DNA from: Octopus sinensis
Lineage: Eukaryota
DNA: 64,000 nt
NCBI RefSeq assembly: GCF_006345805.1
Contig: NW_021834487.1
Span: 124,001-188,000 of the forward strand
Direction of reading: 5' to 3'
Shown: piece by piece, positions 1 to 12,810 of the stretch
Numbering within the stretch: the stretch's first letter is position 1
Layout of the letters: each line of letters opens with the position of its first letter
Notes under the pieces: generated by a model
The model's input: only the letters and a program-made list of their open reading frames with translations
Database searches by the model: none
What the model was told of the DNA's origin: nothing
Program-made: the position numbers and the translations under genes

Positions 1-59
1 CCTATTTATATGAGTGTAAAAGAAAGTCCTGTCATCTTTCGAGAGGAGAAAGATACAAA

Positions 60-1050
60 TGCCTCTTTTATTTTTGTTGTATTTAATGGTGTCAATATTT
101 TCCCTCATTATTGATGACATAATCGCATCTATTAGACAACTTGTTCAATCTTCGAGTATAAAACTCTTCTGGTTTCGAAGCAAAGAAACAGTCAACCTCT
201 TTTATCAACCTCTTTGCTGTTAATAAACTATTTTCCCACTAATGTCGAAATGATCTGATGCGATAATAGATGGAGCAAAGTGATGAGAGTAAATAGGACG
301 AGATAGAACTAGTTTTTGTGCGAATTCTTTTCCTGAGTAACCTATTTAAGATGTGGTCTTGCATTATTATGGATGACTAACACCCATTTACGTCTGACCA
401 ACGATGATCACTTTTCTGTAAATTTATGGGCAATGCTTCTAATTGATGACAATACTTGGTCGCATAAACTGTTTCGTTTCGGTACTTTTTACAACCCACC
501 AAACTCAGAGCCTAACGTTTAAATTGTTGTCCTGGTTTCGGGATGGATTTCTCTTTTGCATTGTGCACTGACGTCTGTCGCTTTCGTTGTACCACAGAGA
601 ATCCTGTTTTCATCACTTGGATAAGCCCCGTCGTTTATCCACTTGGATAAACGCCGTCGAGTCTACCCTTCTGTGACGTGCAGAGTACAAATCTTTGTTC
701 AAACTGAGAAGCAGTTTCATGATGAGGGAACAACTGATAAATTTTGACGCTTTCGTCGTTCATCAAGGTGTTTTATACTCGAAATGTGATTTGAATTGAA
801 CTGTTTTGAAAATTCTCCTGCAGCTTCCTTTGAAGTTTTCTTCAACTATGGTGTTCATAAGCTCAATATTGAGAGAATACGGTCTTCAGATTGGTGGAAA
901 TCTGTAACAGAAAAACACAAGTGAAACTGGCCGAGCTTTTGGTAGCAGATCCAGACATTGAACGCTTCATTTCTATAGAAAGACCGAATATTTCTTGCCG
1001 TTTCCATTCAGCATGCGGGGCCTGATCTAAACTAAATTTAAAAAGAGAAA
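60..1050 (-). mobile_element. Highly decayed mariner-type transposase remnant
   Basis: Minus strand near 350-378 reads VIHNNARPH (cf. LHDNARPH). A degenerate YSPDLAP-like region lies near 260-300. Many stops and frameshifts; boundaries approximate. Confidence 0.55.
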
Positions 1051-1175
1051 AACTCATAGGAATTTTTACCTCTATGTTATAAGATAATCAATAGAGAAAA
1101 AAAAATGTAAAAGTTATTGCTCATTTTACCGTGTATATTGAAAAAGCACCCTCATACAGATTATGCGATTGGACG

Positions 1176-1262
<87 letters not shown>

Positions 1263-1289
1263 GTGTTTGTTGTATTGTCTGTCTGTGTA

Positions 1290-1720
1290 TACAAGGTATG
1301 GGGAATAAACGCAAAAACGAAAATAACATTGACATCTCATTTTACCAAAAATATTTACAAACAGTACATAAAATTATCTTGAAATACGAAAGAGTAAGTT
1401 TATTCCATAAAATTGACATTGACTTCAACCACGGCCTCGAGACGACTTCGGAATCTTCTGCACTCCTTCTGGACGGTCTCCTTTTTGAAGTTGGAGAATG
1501 CTGCCATAATCCTTGCCCTCAGTTCATCTTTGGTGTTATAAGGAGTTTTGTTGGTCTCTCGCTCAACTGCATCCTACACATGATAATCAAATGGATTGCA
1601 GTTTGGGGAGTTTGTAGGTGGCCAGATGTTAGGGGTGATGTGGTCGCAGAAATTGTCCGACAGCCATGACTGGTTTCTCTTGCTCGTGTGGCATGGTGCA
1701 GAGTCTTGTTGCCAGATACA
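1290..1720 (-). mobile_element. Tc1/mariner-superfamily transposase C-terminal fragment
   Basis: Minus strand gives WQQDSAPCHTSKRNQSWL...WPPTNSPNCNPFDYHV, then, past a stop codon, AVERETNKTPYNTKDELRARIMAAF...RSRLEAVVEVN. These are the QDxAPxH and WPxxSPDxNPxD motifs. Truncated by a (CA)/(TACA) microsatellite. Confidence 0.85.
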
Positions 1721-1813
1721 TGCATCCATACATACACACACCACACACACACACACACAAACACACATACATACATACACACGCACACATACATACATAC
1801 ATACATACATACA

Positions 1814-1847
<34 letters not shown>

Positions 1848-3071
1848 CATATGTTGCTGTTGAAATTCCAATGATGGAGCCTTGGATCTAGGTTAGAAAC
1901 CGGCTCTTTCTTGATTGGCAAGAAATCTTGAAACAAAAATTATAATGACATACATACATACAAGCATACAGTTCACTACATTGAATACAAACAGTTTCAA
2001 ATAAATTTTTGGTAAACTTCGTATAAACAGCATAAATGTTGGAAACGTAAATGAAATCACTCTTGTTGCTTTGCGTAAAGACTTGGCGTAATTTGAAATG
2101 CAAATTACAAAAGAATGAACGAAGACAATTGAGGCCCCAAGATAAAAAGCGAAGAACTTAATTAAAGCTCAGATTTAATTTCTCTGAAGGCTGAAAATGT
2201 GTGTTGCTTCTATTTTTTTAGGTGCTCATCAAAGTGTGAATATCTATCTTGTATTCGCTGTAACATTAGTATCGTAAATGCTGAGAGAAGGCAGACGGGA
2301 ACTGAACTGGCTGTTATTAGTCGAATCAAGTTAAGAATTTGAATGACTGAGTAGAAGTATCTTTGCTGCTTCGTTTATAAAGTTGTTATACTAGTTGTTG
2401 TTGTTTTGCAATTTTTCACATTGTTGGCTTTCCGGTCATATACATTTTTATCGAAACTATTCAAACGTCACGTATCCGAGTCCTTGCGTAAATGAGGTAC
2501 GACCGATGATCAACAGTCCATTGTTTCTCGTAGTTAAGGAAGATCAACTTGCAGATTTTATTTAATTGTGAGTATATGTGTGTGTGAGAGAGAGAAAGAG
2601 AAACACAGACCGACAGACAGAGTGAGAGAAAGAGTGCATGCGCCCGTGTGTTTGTGTGTTTGTGTGTGTGATATCAAAAGTTGTTATGATTAAACGGCGA
2701 AAACATTATTGATAGATGCTTCACCATTTTGTAAATTACTATTTGGTTTCATGTGCCACCTTTAGGTTCTGCATTTCAAACACTTAATCTAATCCGGTGT
2801 ATCCATGATTCTTCTCTTTCCCAAAGTCTGTTTTAAATGTGCGTGCCGCCATTGGTTAGCTCAAAGCTAAGTATATCTTCCTTTATCAGACACAGCAATA
2901 TATTTCTATCAGTCGCTTACATAGAGTTGAGCAACTTTTTTCAATTTCACTACGTTGTCATGAATATTCACCTTAGACCATTTATTTCCAAATCGTAACT
3001 CTCCATCGCATTTGAATTTGTTTTAAATGTGACACTATAGGCACAAATCCATACTGTGAAGCATTTTCCGA

Positions 3072-3845
3072 CAGCCGTGGCTGTGTGGTAAGAAACTAGC
3101 TTCTCAGCAACATCGTTCCGAGTTCAGTCCCACTGCGTGGCACCTTGGGAAAGTGTCTTCTACTATACCCTCGAATCAACCAAATTCTTGTGAGTGGGTT
3201 CGGTAGACGGAAACTGAAAAAGGCCGTCTGTTGTATTTGCGATATTTGTATAATTACTATAATTGTTTTTGTCGTGTTGTATATAGCCGTAAGGCTACGT
3301 GTTGCTATATATTCATAGTTCTTCGTCTGTTGTAGTTATATAATGTCTTGTTTGTTTCTGTTTTCAGAATACATTCACTAGCTTTTCCTCAGTAGTTTAA
3401 TAACAGCACTGGCTCCCCCGGGATTGAGTAGTCTCAATGATAATGGCGCGAAACCACGATGGTATTTGGCTCAGTGAGCGACGAGGAAAACTCAGCTGCA
3501 AATATTCCGTGTCGTTGTCTATACTCCTCGTCTGTTAAGTTTTCGTCTACTTTCCCGTTTGCTCTGCTTTCGACTAACTTTTTCTCTTTGCTATTTTCTG
3601 TCCGTTCAACCCTTGATATATATCTGTGTTTGTGTGTGTGTGAGTGGGGGGGGGCTGTTCACCGTCATCACTTAACAACCAATGTTGGTATATTTACACA
3701 CCACGTAACTTAGCCGTTCGATAAAAGAAACCGATAGAATGAATACTAGGCTTACAAAGAATAAGTCCCATCGTCGATTTCTTCGATTAGGCGGTGCTCC
3801 AGCATAGCAGCAGTCAAATGGCTGAAGCAAAAGAATAAGAGAATA
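3072..3845 (+). mobile_element. tRNA-derived SINE family A, split by a ~390-bp insertion (about 3231-3620)
   Basis: The 5' half (gtggctgtgtggtaag...gttcagtcccactgcgtggcaccttggg) and 3' half (ggcggtgctccagcatagcagcagtcaaatggctgaa) match the intact copy at 7483-7898. Confidence 0.8.
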
Positions 3846-4556
3846 CATACTTATCTCCCTACCGACATCCATACGAACGTACATACATACGTCATACATA
3901 CATACATTCATACATATATGCATAGAAATCAACAGAATGACTCACACATTGCAAATACAATATCTAAATGGAACAGTAAAAATATGCAAGACTTTGCTGA
4001 AGTTCAAAGTGTGTCCTAGTTTCAGTTAGCTACATTCCAACGATGGAGCTTTGTATTTTTGTTACAAACCGGTTCCTTCCACAGGGAAATAATTTAAATA
4101 ATTAAAAACAAGAGGACGTACAAATACATACATATATGCATATATGCATACATACCTTCAAACATACATACATACATACATATGTACATGCGTATGTAGG
4201 CCTAAACGTTGGCTGATAAAGGAGATATGCATGTTCATATAGAATATACATAAAAAATGGGGCTTTTGAAACTATTGAAGAATGCATAACTTTTTTTTAA
4301 AACTATGTTGATCATACATATAAAAATTAATTTTGTTTGTTTTTACAAGGAATCGAAACCGAGCAGCAGCGTTTCAAACAGTACCGCAACTTTTAGCTGA
4401 AGAACAGTAATACCTAATATGCACACATATTCACACGCGTTTTAACAAAGCCTTCGTCCAAAGCATGTGCTGTGTGTGTGCGTGTGTGTGCACGCGCGCG
4501 GGTGTATTCATGTATATATATATATATATATAAATGTATGCATGAATGTATGTATA

Positions 4557-4657
<101 letters not shown>

Positions 4658-4792
4658 GGATATATTTATATGTATGCGTATGTATATGTCTGAATATATG
4701 TGTGTGCTGATTATATTATATATATATATATATCAGCATATACACACATATTCATACATATGCATACACATACAGGTATATAATATATATCA

Positions 4793-4839
<47 letters not shown>

Positions 4840-5306
4840 TAAATAAATGTATATATGTATTGTATGTGTGCATATACATACATACTTACATACGTATACG
4901 CATACATACTCAGTCGTCCTACACACGCAAGAAAATACACAAAGTTTGCGTTCGGGCAAATCCGTTTTCAAAATTATTAGTACCAAATGATCTTTGTCTT
5001 AGAAAAACAAACCCTGAACAGAGCCCGTTGAAATAATAAACGCCTGTTCGAATTTCTCTTTCAATACAAACATGCGTAGGCGGATATTGTACAAAAATCG
5101 CCATAATGATATCAAACATTCGATGATATCATTAACACCCTTTTGTCTATGAGGGTATCAATTTAAGAAAACTACACAGCGGGTGGTTGGGTTTGGTTAG
5201 TGTAAGCTCACAGCTGAAACATCAGTCTTTATGCTTCTAACCTGATTGTTCCAACGGCGCCAAACATCACTGTAGATGGGTAGATACATGCATAAATACA
5301 TGATAC

Positions 5307-5337
<31 letters not shown>

Positions 5338-5506
5338 TGTATGTATGTATGTATGTGTGTATGTATATGTCTATTTATGTGCGTCTGTATTTATGTATAC
5401 ATGTATGCATGTATTTATGTATATATGTATGTATGTATTTATGTATGCTTACATAAACTTTCATAGAGGCATACACTCCTTAACCATGTCTTTCACATCT
5501 GCCTTC

Positions 5507-5587
<81 letters not shown>

Positions 5588-5696
5588 ACATATATATATA
5601 TATATATATACATACATACATATATATACATGTCTTTCACATCTGCCCTCATATATATATATATATATATATAGATGTTGCGGCTATATACATATA

Positions 5697-5748
<52 letters not shown>

Positions 5749-5970
5749 CATATACACATATACAAACACGTGTGTGTATATGTGTGTGTGTGTGTGCATA
5801 TATAACTCCCAAGGTTAAGGAACACGTGGGCCAGAGTCTCTTGGTAAGAACAGGGGATGTGATAATTCGGTCTCAACAACTCTGTTAGAACAATATCTCT
5901 TTCATACATTTCAGTATGTATAGAGATAGATAGATAGATAGATAGATACATACATACATACATACATACA

Positions 5971-6002
<32 letters not shown>

Positions 6003-6003
<1 letters not shown>

Positions 6004-6345
6004 TCTTTTACTTGTTTCATTCATTTAACTACGGCCATGCTGGAGCACCGCCTTTAGTCGAACAAATCGACCTCACGACTTATCCTTTCTAAACTTAGTA
6101 CGGGGACGTAAACAAACCAACATGGTATCAAGTGATGATGGGGATACAAATACACACAAACACATACATATATATACATACACGACGGGCTTCTTTTAGT
6201 TTCTGTCTACCAAATCCACCCACAAGGCTTTGATTGGCCCGAGGCTGTAGTAGAAAGCACTTGCCCAAGGTGCCACGCAGTGACACTGAACCCGGAACCA
6301 TGTGGTTGTTAAGCAAGCTACTTACGATACGACCATTCCTTCACC
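6003..6345 (-). mobile_element. SINE family A copy
   Basis: Reverse complement of the family A head and tail, with an internal deletion. Confidence 0.85.
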
Positions 6346-7482
6346 TATATATGTGTGTGTGTGTCTGCGTGTGTGTGTGTATGCCTTGTGAATGTATCTG
6401 GTATTCGTAAACCGTAAGAAGCCCATTTAATGTGTGCCTGTGTGTGTGTGTGGATATGTGTGGATATGTGTGCGTGTGATTGTGTTTGTTTTGTTCTTGT
6501 TACCGCTTCCCAAGTGGGGTTGATTTGTTCGAGTAATTCCTTCAACGTTGTGCTAAAATGGCTGTTGTCCAATGATCGCAGCAAGTAAAAGATAAATGAG
6601 GCTCAGGTTTTAGCCTTTCACCTGAACGCGAGCAATTAAAGAACACCGGAATATAATGCGCACCTGATGTTTTTTAATCTGTCAATAGTTAATTGAAGAC
6701 TTTAAGAACATCGTCAGACATGTCTGTAGATAACAACTACAGATTGTAAGAGTTGATTCATTACGATTTTCAGACTAGCAAATAGATTTAAGATCTTGCC
6801 ACCATTACAGATGCCAATCGCTCAATCCTCATCTACGCTGGCCTCCTCGTGACTGCAATTCTATCAAATAGACGAGCTGCAAGGAAACGTATTTGACAAA
6901 GGGCTACTACACCTACTCACTGCATAGAAATATCTCTTCAGATGCCACCTTCCAAAAGCAATAATGTTATTTATTATCATCTATAGCGTAAAGAAGGTAC
7001 ATTGACAGAGTTGTTAGAGCGATGGAAAGAATGCTTTAATCAATTTCTTCTGATGCATTACTTTCTAAATTCAAGTAACACTAAGTTCGACTATGCCTTC
7101 CATCCTTTCTGGATCGATAAACTGAGATACTGGGGTTTATGTAATCGACTTACTCTTTTAACCTTTTACTTCTTTTTAGTTATTTGACTGTGGCCATGCT
7201 GGAGTACCACCTTTAGTCGAGCAAATCGACCCCAGGACTTATTCTTTGTAAGCCTAGTACTTATTTTATTGGTCTCTTTTGCCGATATAAATTTCTTTTA
7301 TATTCGTGCTTAGACGCACATATACATACACAGATGCATATATATACATACGCACTTATACATACGTGCTCATACACGCACATCCACGTATATGGGTATA
7401 TACACGCAACTAGATACATGAGCATACTCATACGTGTGGACGAATACATATATATACATATGTATAGGAACTCATATACATA

Positions 7483-7898
7483 GGCGCAGGAGTGGCTGTG
7501 TGGTAAATAGCTTGTTTACCAACCACATGGTTCCGGGTTCAGTCCCACTGCGTGGCACCTTGGGCAAGTGTCTTCTACTATAGCCTCGGGCCGACCAAAG
7601 CCTTGTGAGTGGATTTAGTAGACGGAAACTGAAAGAAGCCCGTTGTATATATACATATATATGTGTGTGTGTGTGTGTGTGTGCGCGTGTATGTTTGTGT
7701 GTCTCTGTTTGTCCCCCTAGAATTGCTTGACAACCGATGCTGGTGTGTTTATGTCCCCATTACCTAGCGGTTCGGCAAAAGAGAACGATTGAATAAGTAC
7801 TGGGCTTACAAAGAATAAGTCCCGGGGTTGCTCGATTAAAGGCGGTGCTCCAGCATGGCCGCAGTCAAATGACTGAAACAAGTAAAAGAGTAAAGAGT
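7483..7898 (+). mobile_element. Full-length tRNA-derived SINE family A (reference copy in this window)
   Basis: A-box-like tggctgtgtggt and B-box-like ggttcagtcc; central (TA)/(TG) microsatellite; tail with hairpin cagtc-aaat-gactg and (taaaagag)n. About 20 full or partial copies in the window. Confidence 0.9.
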
Positions 7899-7899
7899 G

Positions 7900-8870
7900 A
7901 GTATAGATAAAATCAGCCAGTGATGTTGCATGTCGTTTAAAGATATTTCGAAAGCTGGCTATGTGGTTGCGGTATCGATTTTTGAAAAAAAATCGGCTGA
8001 TGGCCCGATATGTACGTAGGGGCTTCCTCGAGTGTTTATAGAACACTTGTATACAACGTTCTTAGTCATACATTGGTTATCCATAGGTCAATTGGATCTA
8101 TCTCTGTATGAGCATAACGGTTTGATTCTGGTGACTTGTGTACATCGAACGCTGGAGGGATTGGTTGTGTTCGGTATTTAGGTTGTCACTGTTATCGATT
8201 TATCATCACTAGGTGTTCTCAGTTCATTATTTGAATTGTTGCTGGTGTTGTTTTTAGGATGTTTACCATGGATATTGTAAGAACTGCTCTGTTGATTGGT
8301 AGTATAATTCGAGTTAAAAACGTTGTCTACAGGTTGGTCATAAGCCTTATGATTAACGTCAACATGGTTATTTTGAGTGCTGGCTAATCTTCGCCTCAGT
8401 TTACGGTTGTTAATCCTATGAATATGGTGCTCTAAGTTTGAAGAATATGCATAGGATAGTTTTATAGTGTAACGATTAAATATTTTGCTGTACACTCCAT
8501 TTTTAGGGAAGCAACGATCAAGTGCGAGGAAAAATTGTGTCGCGGTATGAGATGAGATGCTGGAGTTCCAGATTAGGTTATACCAAAATACGTCATGGTT
8601 TTTTATATTTTCGTTTAGGTGTGTTTGTCTGGGTGCTTCGAGCGGCAATTGAATTTGGTGGTTGTAGTTGTTTAATTTGTCTATTATAAGTTTTCTTTAA
8701 CTCATGGTTCATTCTAGTGTGTCTGGGTTTGGTTAGTCTTATCGTATGGTTTGGGATTCTATTATCTAGGTTTCTGACATTATTTTTTTTTGTAGTTATT
8801 GTGGTGTGTGGCAAGGTTTTTATGATGAATAGTATTATTATTAGTTGAGTTTTAAAAGTTATCATTATTA
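7900..8870 (-). mobile_element. Penelope-like element 3' fragment (linker plus GIY-YIG endonuclease), decayed
   Basis: VFWYNLIWNSSISSHTATQFFLALDRCFPKNGVYSKIFNRYTIKLSY resembles the PLE WFNPP...KIFNR..KxSY block. Further on, PMDNQCMTKNVVYKC...HIG and, after a frameshift, FKNRYRNHIASF form the GIY-YIG domain. Cut off by the SINE ending at 7898. Confidence 0.85.
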
Positions 8871-8962
8871 TTATATATACATGTGTGTGTGCTATTAAGT
8901 TAAATATGGCTTGGGTCAATACAGGCCGAAACCTATCAAAGTCTATATATATACATATGCAT

Positions 8963-9022
<60 letters not shown>

Positions 9023-9288
9023 ATATATATATATTATTACACATATACTATAATATATATATATATATAACAATAATAAATCTCTGAGCGAGGTATAAAC
9101 AGTAACTGCTCTGTAATATAAGCGGGATCAGCCATCTGAATGTGGCTAGGGACAGGGCGAGGTTGTGGGGGTGTTACTAATGAATTTAGCCCCAGGCGAC
9201 TATAGACGACACCAGAAGAGCCGACACCATCACGGTGTCCTTGCTAGCCTGCAAAGGGAGATCAGCCTCCCCGAAGATACGGATGCTA

Positions 9289-9331
9289 CACACGGACCGG
9301 TTTCGAGGTAGTCGAATCTCGTCAACGCATG
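9289..9331 (-). ncRNA. Type-I hammerhead ribozyme, copy 1, mutated
   Basis: Reads CAUGCG-UUGACGA-GAUU-CGACUA-CCUC-GAAA-CCGG-UC-CGUGUG: a C3U change and a broken stem II. Confidence 0.7.
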
Positions 9332-9648
9332 GCAAGCACCGTTCTCCGTTGAGGGACTTCCTCTACAGGCTAGATATATATAGATTTTCACAGTAAACAC
9401 AGTCACTGGCGTAGAAAATCTGTTCGATAACAATAATAAATCTCTGAGCGAGGTATAAACAGTAACTGCTCTGTAATATAAGCGGGATCAGCCATCTGAA
9501 TGTGGCTAGGGACAGGGCGGGGTTGTGGGGATGTTACTGATGCATTTAGCCCCAGGCGACTATAGACGTCACCAGAAGAGCCGACACCATCACGGTGTCC
9601 TTGCTAGCCTGCAAAGGGAGATCAGCCTCTCCGAAGATACGGATGCTA

Positions 9649-9691
9649 CACACGGACCGGTTTCGAGGTAGTTGCCTCTCGTCAGCGCATG
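9649..9691 (-). ncRNA. Minimal type-I hammerhead ribozyme, copy 2
   Basis: CAUGCG-CUGACGA-GAGG-CAACUA-CCUC-GAAA-CCGG-UC^CGUGUG. Full core, 6-bp stem I, 4-bp stem II and palindromic ACCGGU stem III. Confidence 0.9.
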
Positions 9692-10008
9692 GCAAGCACC
9701 GTTCTCCGTTGAGGGACCTCCTCTACAGGCTAGATATATATAGATTTTCACAGTAAACACAGTCACTGGCGTAGAAAATCTGTTCGATAACAATAATAAA
9801 TCTCTGAGCGAGGTATAAACAGTAACTGCTCTGTAACATAAGCGGGATCAGCCATCTGAATGTGGCTAGGGACATGGCGGGGTTGTGGGGGTGTTACTGA
9901 TGCATTTAGCCCCAGGCGACTATAGGCGTCACCAGAAGAGCCGACACCATCACGGTGTCCTTGCTAGCCTGCAAAGGGAGATCAGCCTCCCCGAAGATAC
10001 GGATGCTA

Positions 10009-10051
10009 CACACGGACCGGTTTCGAGGTAGTCGCCTCTCGTCAGCGCATG
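10009..10051 (-). ncRNA. Minimal type-I hammerhead ribozyme, copy 3
   Basis: CAUGCG-CUGACGA-GAGG-CGACUA-CCUC-GAAA-CCGG-UC^CGUGUG, intact. Confidence 0.9.
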
Positions 10052-10368
10052 GCAAGCACCGTTCTCCGTTGAGGGACTTCCTCTACAGGCTAGATATATA
10101 TAGATTTTCACAGTAAACACAGTCACTGGCGTAGAAAATCTGTTCGATAACAATAATAAATCTCTGAGCGAGGTATAAACAGTAACTGCTCTGTAATATA
10201 AGTGGAATCAGCCATCTGAATGTGGCTAGGGACAGGGCGGGGTTGTGGGGGTGTTACTGATGCATTTAGCCCCAGGCGACTATAGACGTCACCAGAAGAG
10301 CCGACACCATCACGGGGTCCTTGCTAGCCTGCAAAGGGAGATCAGCCTCCCCGAAGATACGCATGCTA

Positions 10369-10411
10369 CACACGGACCGGTTTCGAGGTAGTCGCCTCTC
10401 GTCAGCGCATG
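10369..10411 (-). ncRNA. Minimal type-I hammerhead ribozyme, copy 4
   Basis: Same intact motif as copy 3. Confidence 0.9.
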
Positions 10412-10575
10412 GCAAGCACTGTTCTCCGTTGAGGGACTTCCTCTTTGCAGGCTAGCAAGGACACCGTGATGGTGTCGGCTCTTCTGGTGACGTCTATAGT
10501 CGCCTGGGGCTAAATGCATCAGTAACACCCCCACAACCCCGCCTGTCCCTAGCCACATTCAGATGGCTGATCCCG

Positions 10576-10644
<69 letters not shown>

Positions 10645-12594
10645 ATATGTATTATATCTATGGTGTGTGTATATGTGTATGTTTTAGTAGGTCAGGTCAC
10701 AAAATATATACTATGTTTTTTTATATATATAATAAACATAGCGTTGGTATTGTTAGTTGTGGTGATAGATCTATGTGTATATATTCTTTTCTACTCTAGG
10801 CACAAGGCCCAAAAATTTGTGGAGGGAGGCCAGTCGATTAGATCGCAACTGGTATCCCGAAAGGATGAAAGGCAAAGTCGACTTCGGGGGAGTTTGAACT
10901 CGGAATGTAAAATAACATAACCTAACAACATGACCTGTATTATTTCTACTGATTCTATCACCGACCAGTCTTCGTAATGTTCCTAGGTGTGATATAAACA
11001 AAAGAGGAATATAATTCATTAATCCCGCCAAGATAACTTAATAGATAAATTAACTGCTTGGCTTGCCTTTGTATACATTCGTATGATTTCTCTATGGCTG
11101 ACTGTTTATCCATCTTATCTATCATTTCCCTCATTCTCGCACCCACTTCCTCTTTCCACACAGACAGACGTACGTACGCATACACACGCATGCACACTCA
11201 TATACATTACATAGACAAAGACCTGCATACATATACAAACATATATAAATATGCTAATGAATAAACAGGACAGCGAAGCCATTAAACTTCTAGGATTCGA
11301 CTGCAAATGTCGATTATATCTTTTTTTTTTTTTAGTGTGTGAAGGAAATAATTAATGAAATCAGTAGCTGCTGGAAAACGTAATCATTGTTCTACCTCCC
11401 ACTGCGAAATAATGCTATTGCAAAAATTATACCCAACATCATCTACAGATGAGACCTTGGATAAATATAAACAAAACCTCTGTTATTGAATAAATACATT
11501 CAGCACAAGGAATTTGGTGGAATATTCCCATCAGAATGTTTATACCAAGTGCAAACATAACACGCCTGATATAGTTATTTGGGACCCGGCTAATGTGAAC
11601 AACTCGACCTGAAGCTACGAGAAGGAGAATATTTATCCTGCAACTCCTTAAACCCGATTAATTAGTTCAGTTTTATACAAATACTTGTAAGTGCACTCGG
11701 TTATATTAATATAATTCTAAGCGAGATTCTTGAAAAGCTATGTACTAAATATATGCAAGACTTTCCTAAAGTTCCACTTGTTGCGATTATCGTCGTTATC
11801 AAAATTACAATGTTGTAGATTTTATTTCTTACTTTGGAAACCAACTCTCTTCTCCTATGATGGATACTAATAAATATATACTGTCGTTCTATGGTGTGTA
11901 TAAGAATACATATTATAGACAGACGAAATAGCCTAAAGAGAACAGGAGACACGAGGGATGGAGAGTCGTAGAAGAGGTCGCAGGACGTGTGAAGAAAGAT
12001 TTCCAAGCAACAGACATAAATTAAGAACAATAAAAATAATACATATATATGTAAGGGAAAAACAACATACACGGACACATACACATGCGTAAATGTATGT
12101 ACGCATAGCCAGGTGGTTTAAGACTTCGCTTCATATATACGAGGTCTCGGTTTCGATTCCATCCCGTAAATTCTGTATTATACCGAATGTTATTTCATAA
12201 TCATGTGTTAAAGAAAGGAAATGAACTGGCAGAATCGTTAACGCAGCCATCGAAATATTTAACAACATTTCTTCGACTTTATAATTTCTAAATTTAAATT
12301 CCACCGATATATCGAAATAAATTGGGAACAGTTGGATATTGCTGTCGACGTAATCAACTAACCACCTCCCCTAAGATTGTGCCAAAATTTGAAAGAAAAT
12401 AATTATGGGTTACAGAAACACCACATATAGACAGCATAGCAAATATGATGTCGAAATGTCCAACAGGATGCAAAGTTCAGAGAATCAGAGCTGTGAAAGA
12501 AACGATCTCTAATTAGGGCCCAAAGCGTACCGTATTCTTAAAATGTTGCTATTTCGCAATCCACAATACAGCACTCCTGGCCAGAAATCATGTG

Positions 12595-12595
<1 letters not shown>

Positions 12596-12664
<69 letters not shown>

Positions 12665-12738
12665 CATCCATCCATCCATCCATCCATCCATCCATCCATC
12701 CATCCATCCATCCATCCATCCATCCATCCATCCATCTG

Positions 12739-12802
<64 letters not shown>

Positions 12803-12808
12803 CCTATC
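12596..12808. repeat. Compound (TATC)n/(CATC)n microsatellite
   Basis: Directly visible tetranucleotide arrays; representative of many (TA)n, (CA)n, (TACA)n, (TATC)n, (TAA)n and (TAG)n tracts across the window. Confidence 0.95.
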
Positions 12809-12810
12809 AA

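Larger units (their letters stand above)
9067..10580 (-). mobile_element. Tandem array of a 360-bp hammerhead-containing unit (~3.8 copies) with an inverted terminal segment; candidate non-LTR retrozyme or non-autonomous PLE
   Basis: Units at 9067-9426, 9427-9786, 9787-10146 and partial 10147-10444 are near-identical at exact 360-bp period. 10445-10580 is the reverse complement of unit positions equivalent to ~9118-9255. Flanked by (TA)n on both sides. Confidence 0.88.

Noticed and set aside
3430-3475. atgataa-tggcgc-gaaa-cca-cga-tgg-ta hammerhead-like string
   Set aside because: Stem III is plausible, but the 5' core is wrong and stem II cannot form.
8905-8945. ggc...gcc-gaaa-ccta-tc half-hammerhead between the PLE fragment and the array
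   Set aside because: No CUGANGA upstream, so it is insufficient to call.
9230-10558. Repeated 67-82 aa minus-strand ORFs in the 360-bp units
   Set aside because: Non-ATG starts in the 67-aa copies and no recognisable domain; they overlap the ribozyme and recur only because the unit does.
11490-11575. Minus-strand acceptor followed by ACYVCTWYKH...LC as a third host exon
   Set aside because: Wrong phase relative to the 14211 donor and an in-frame stop follows.
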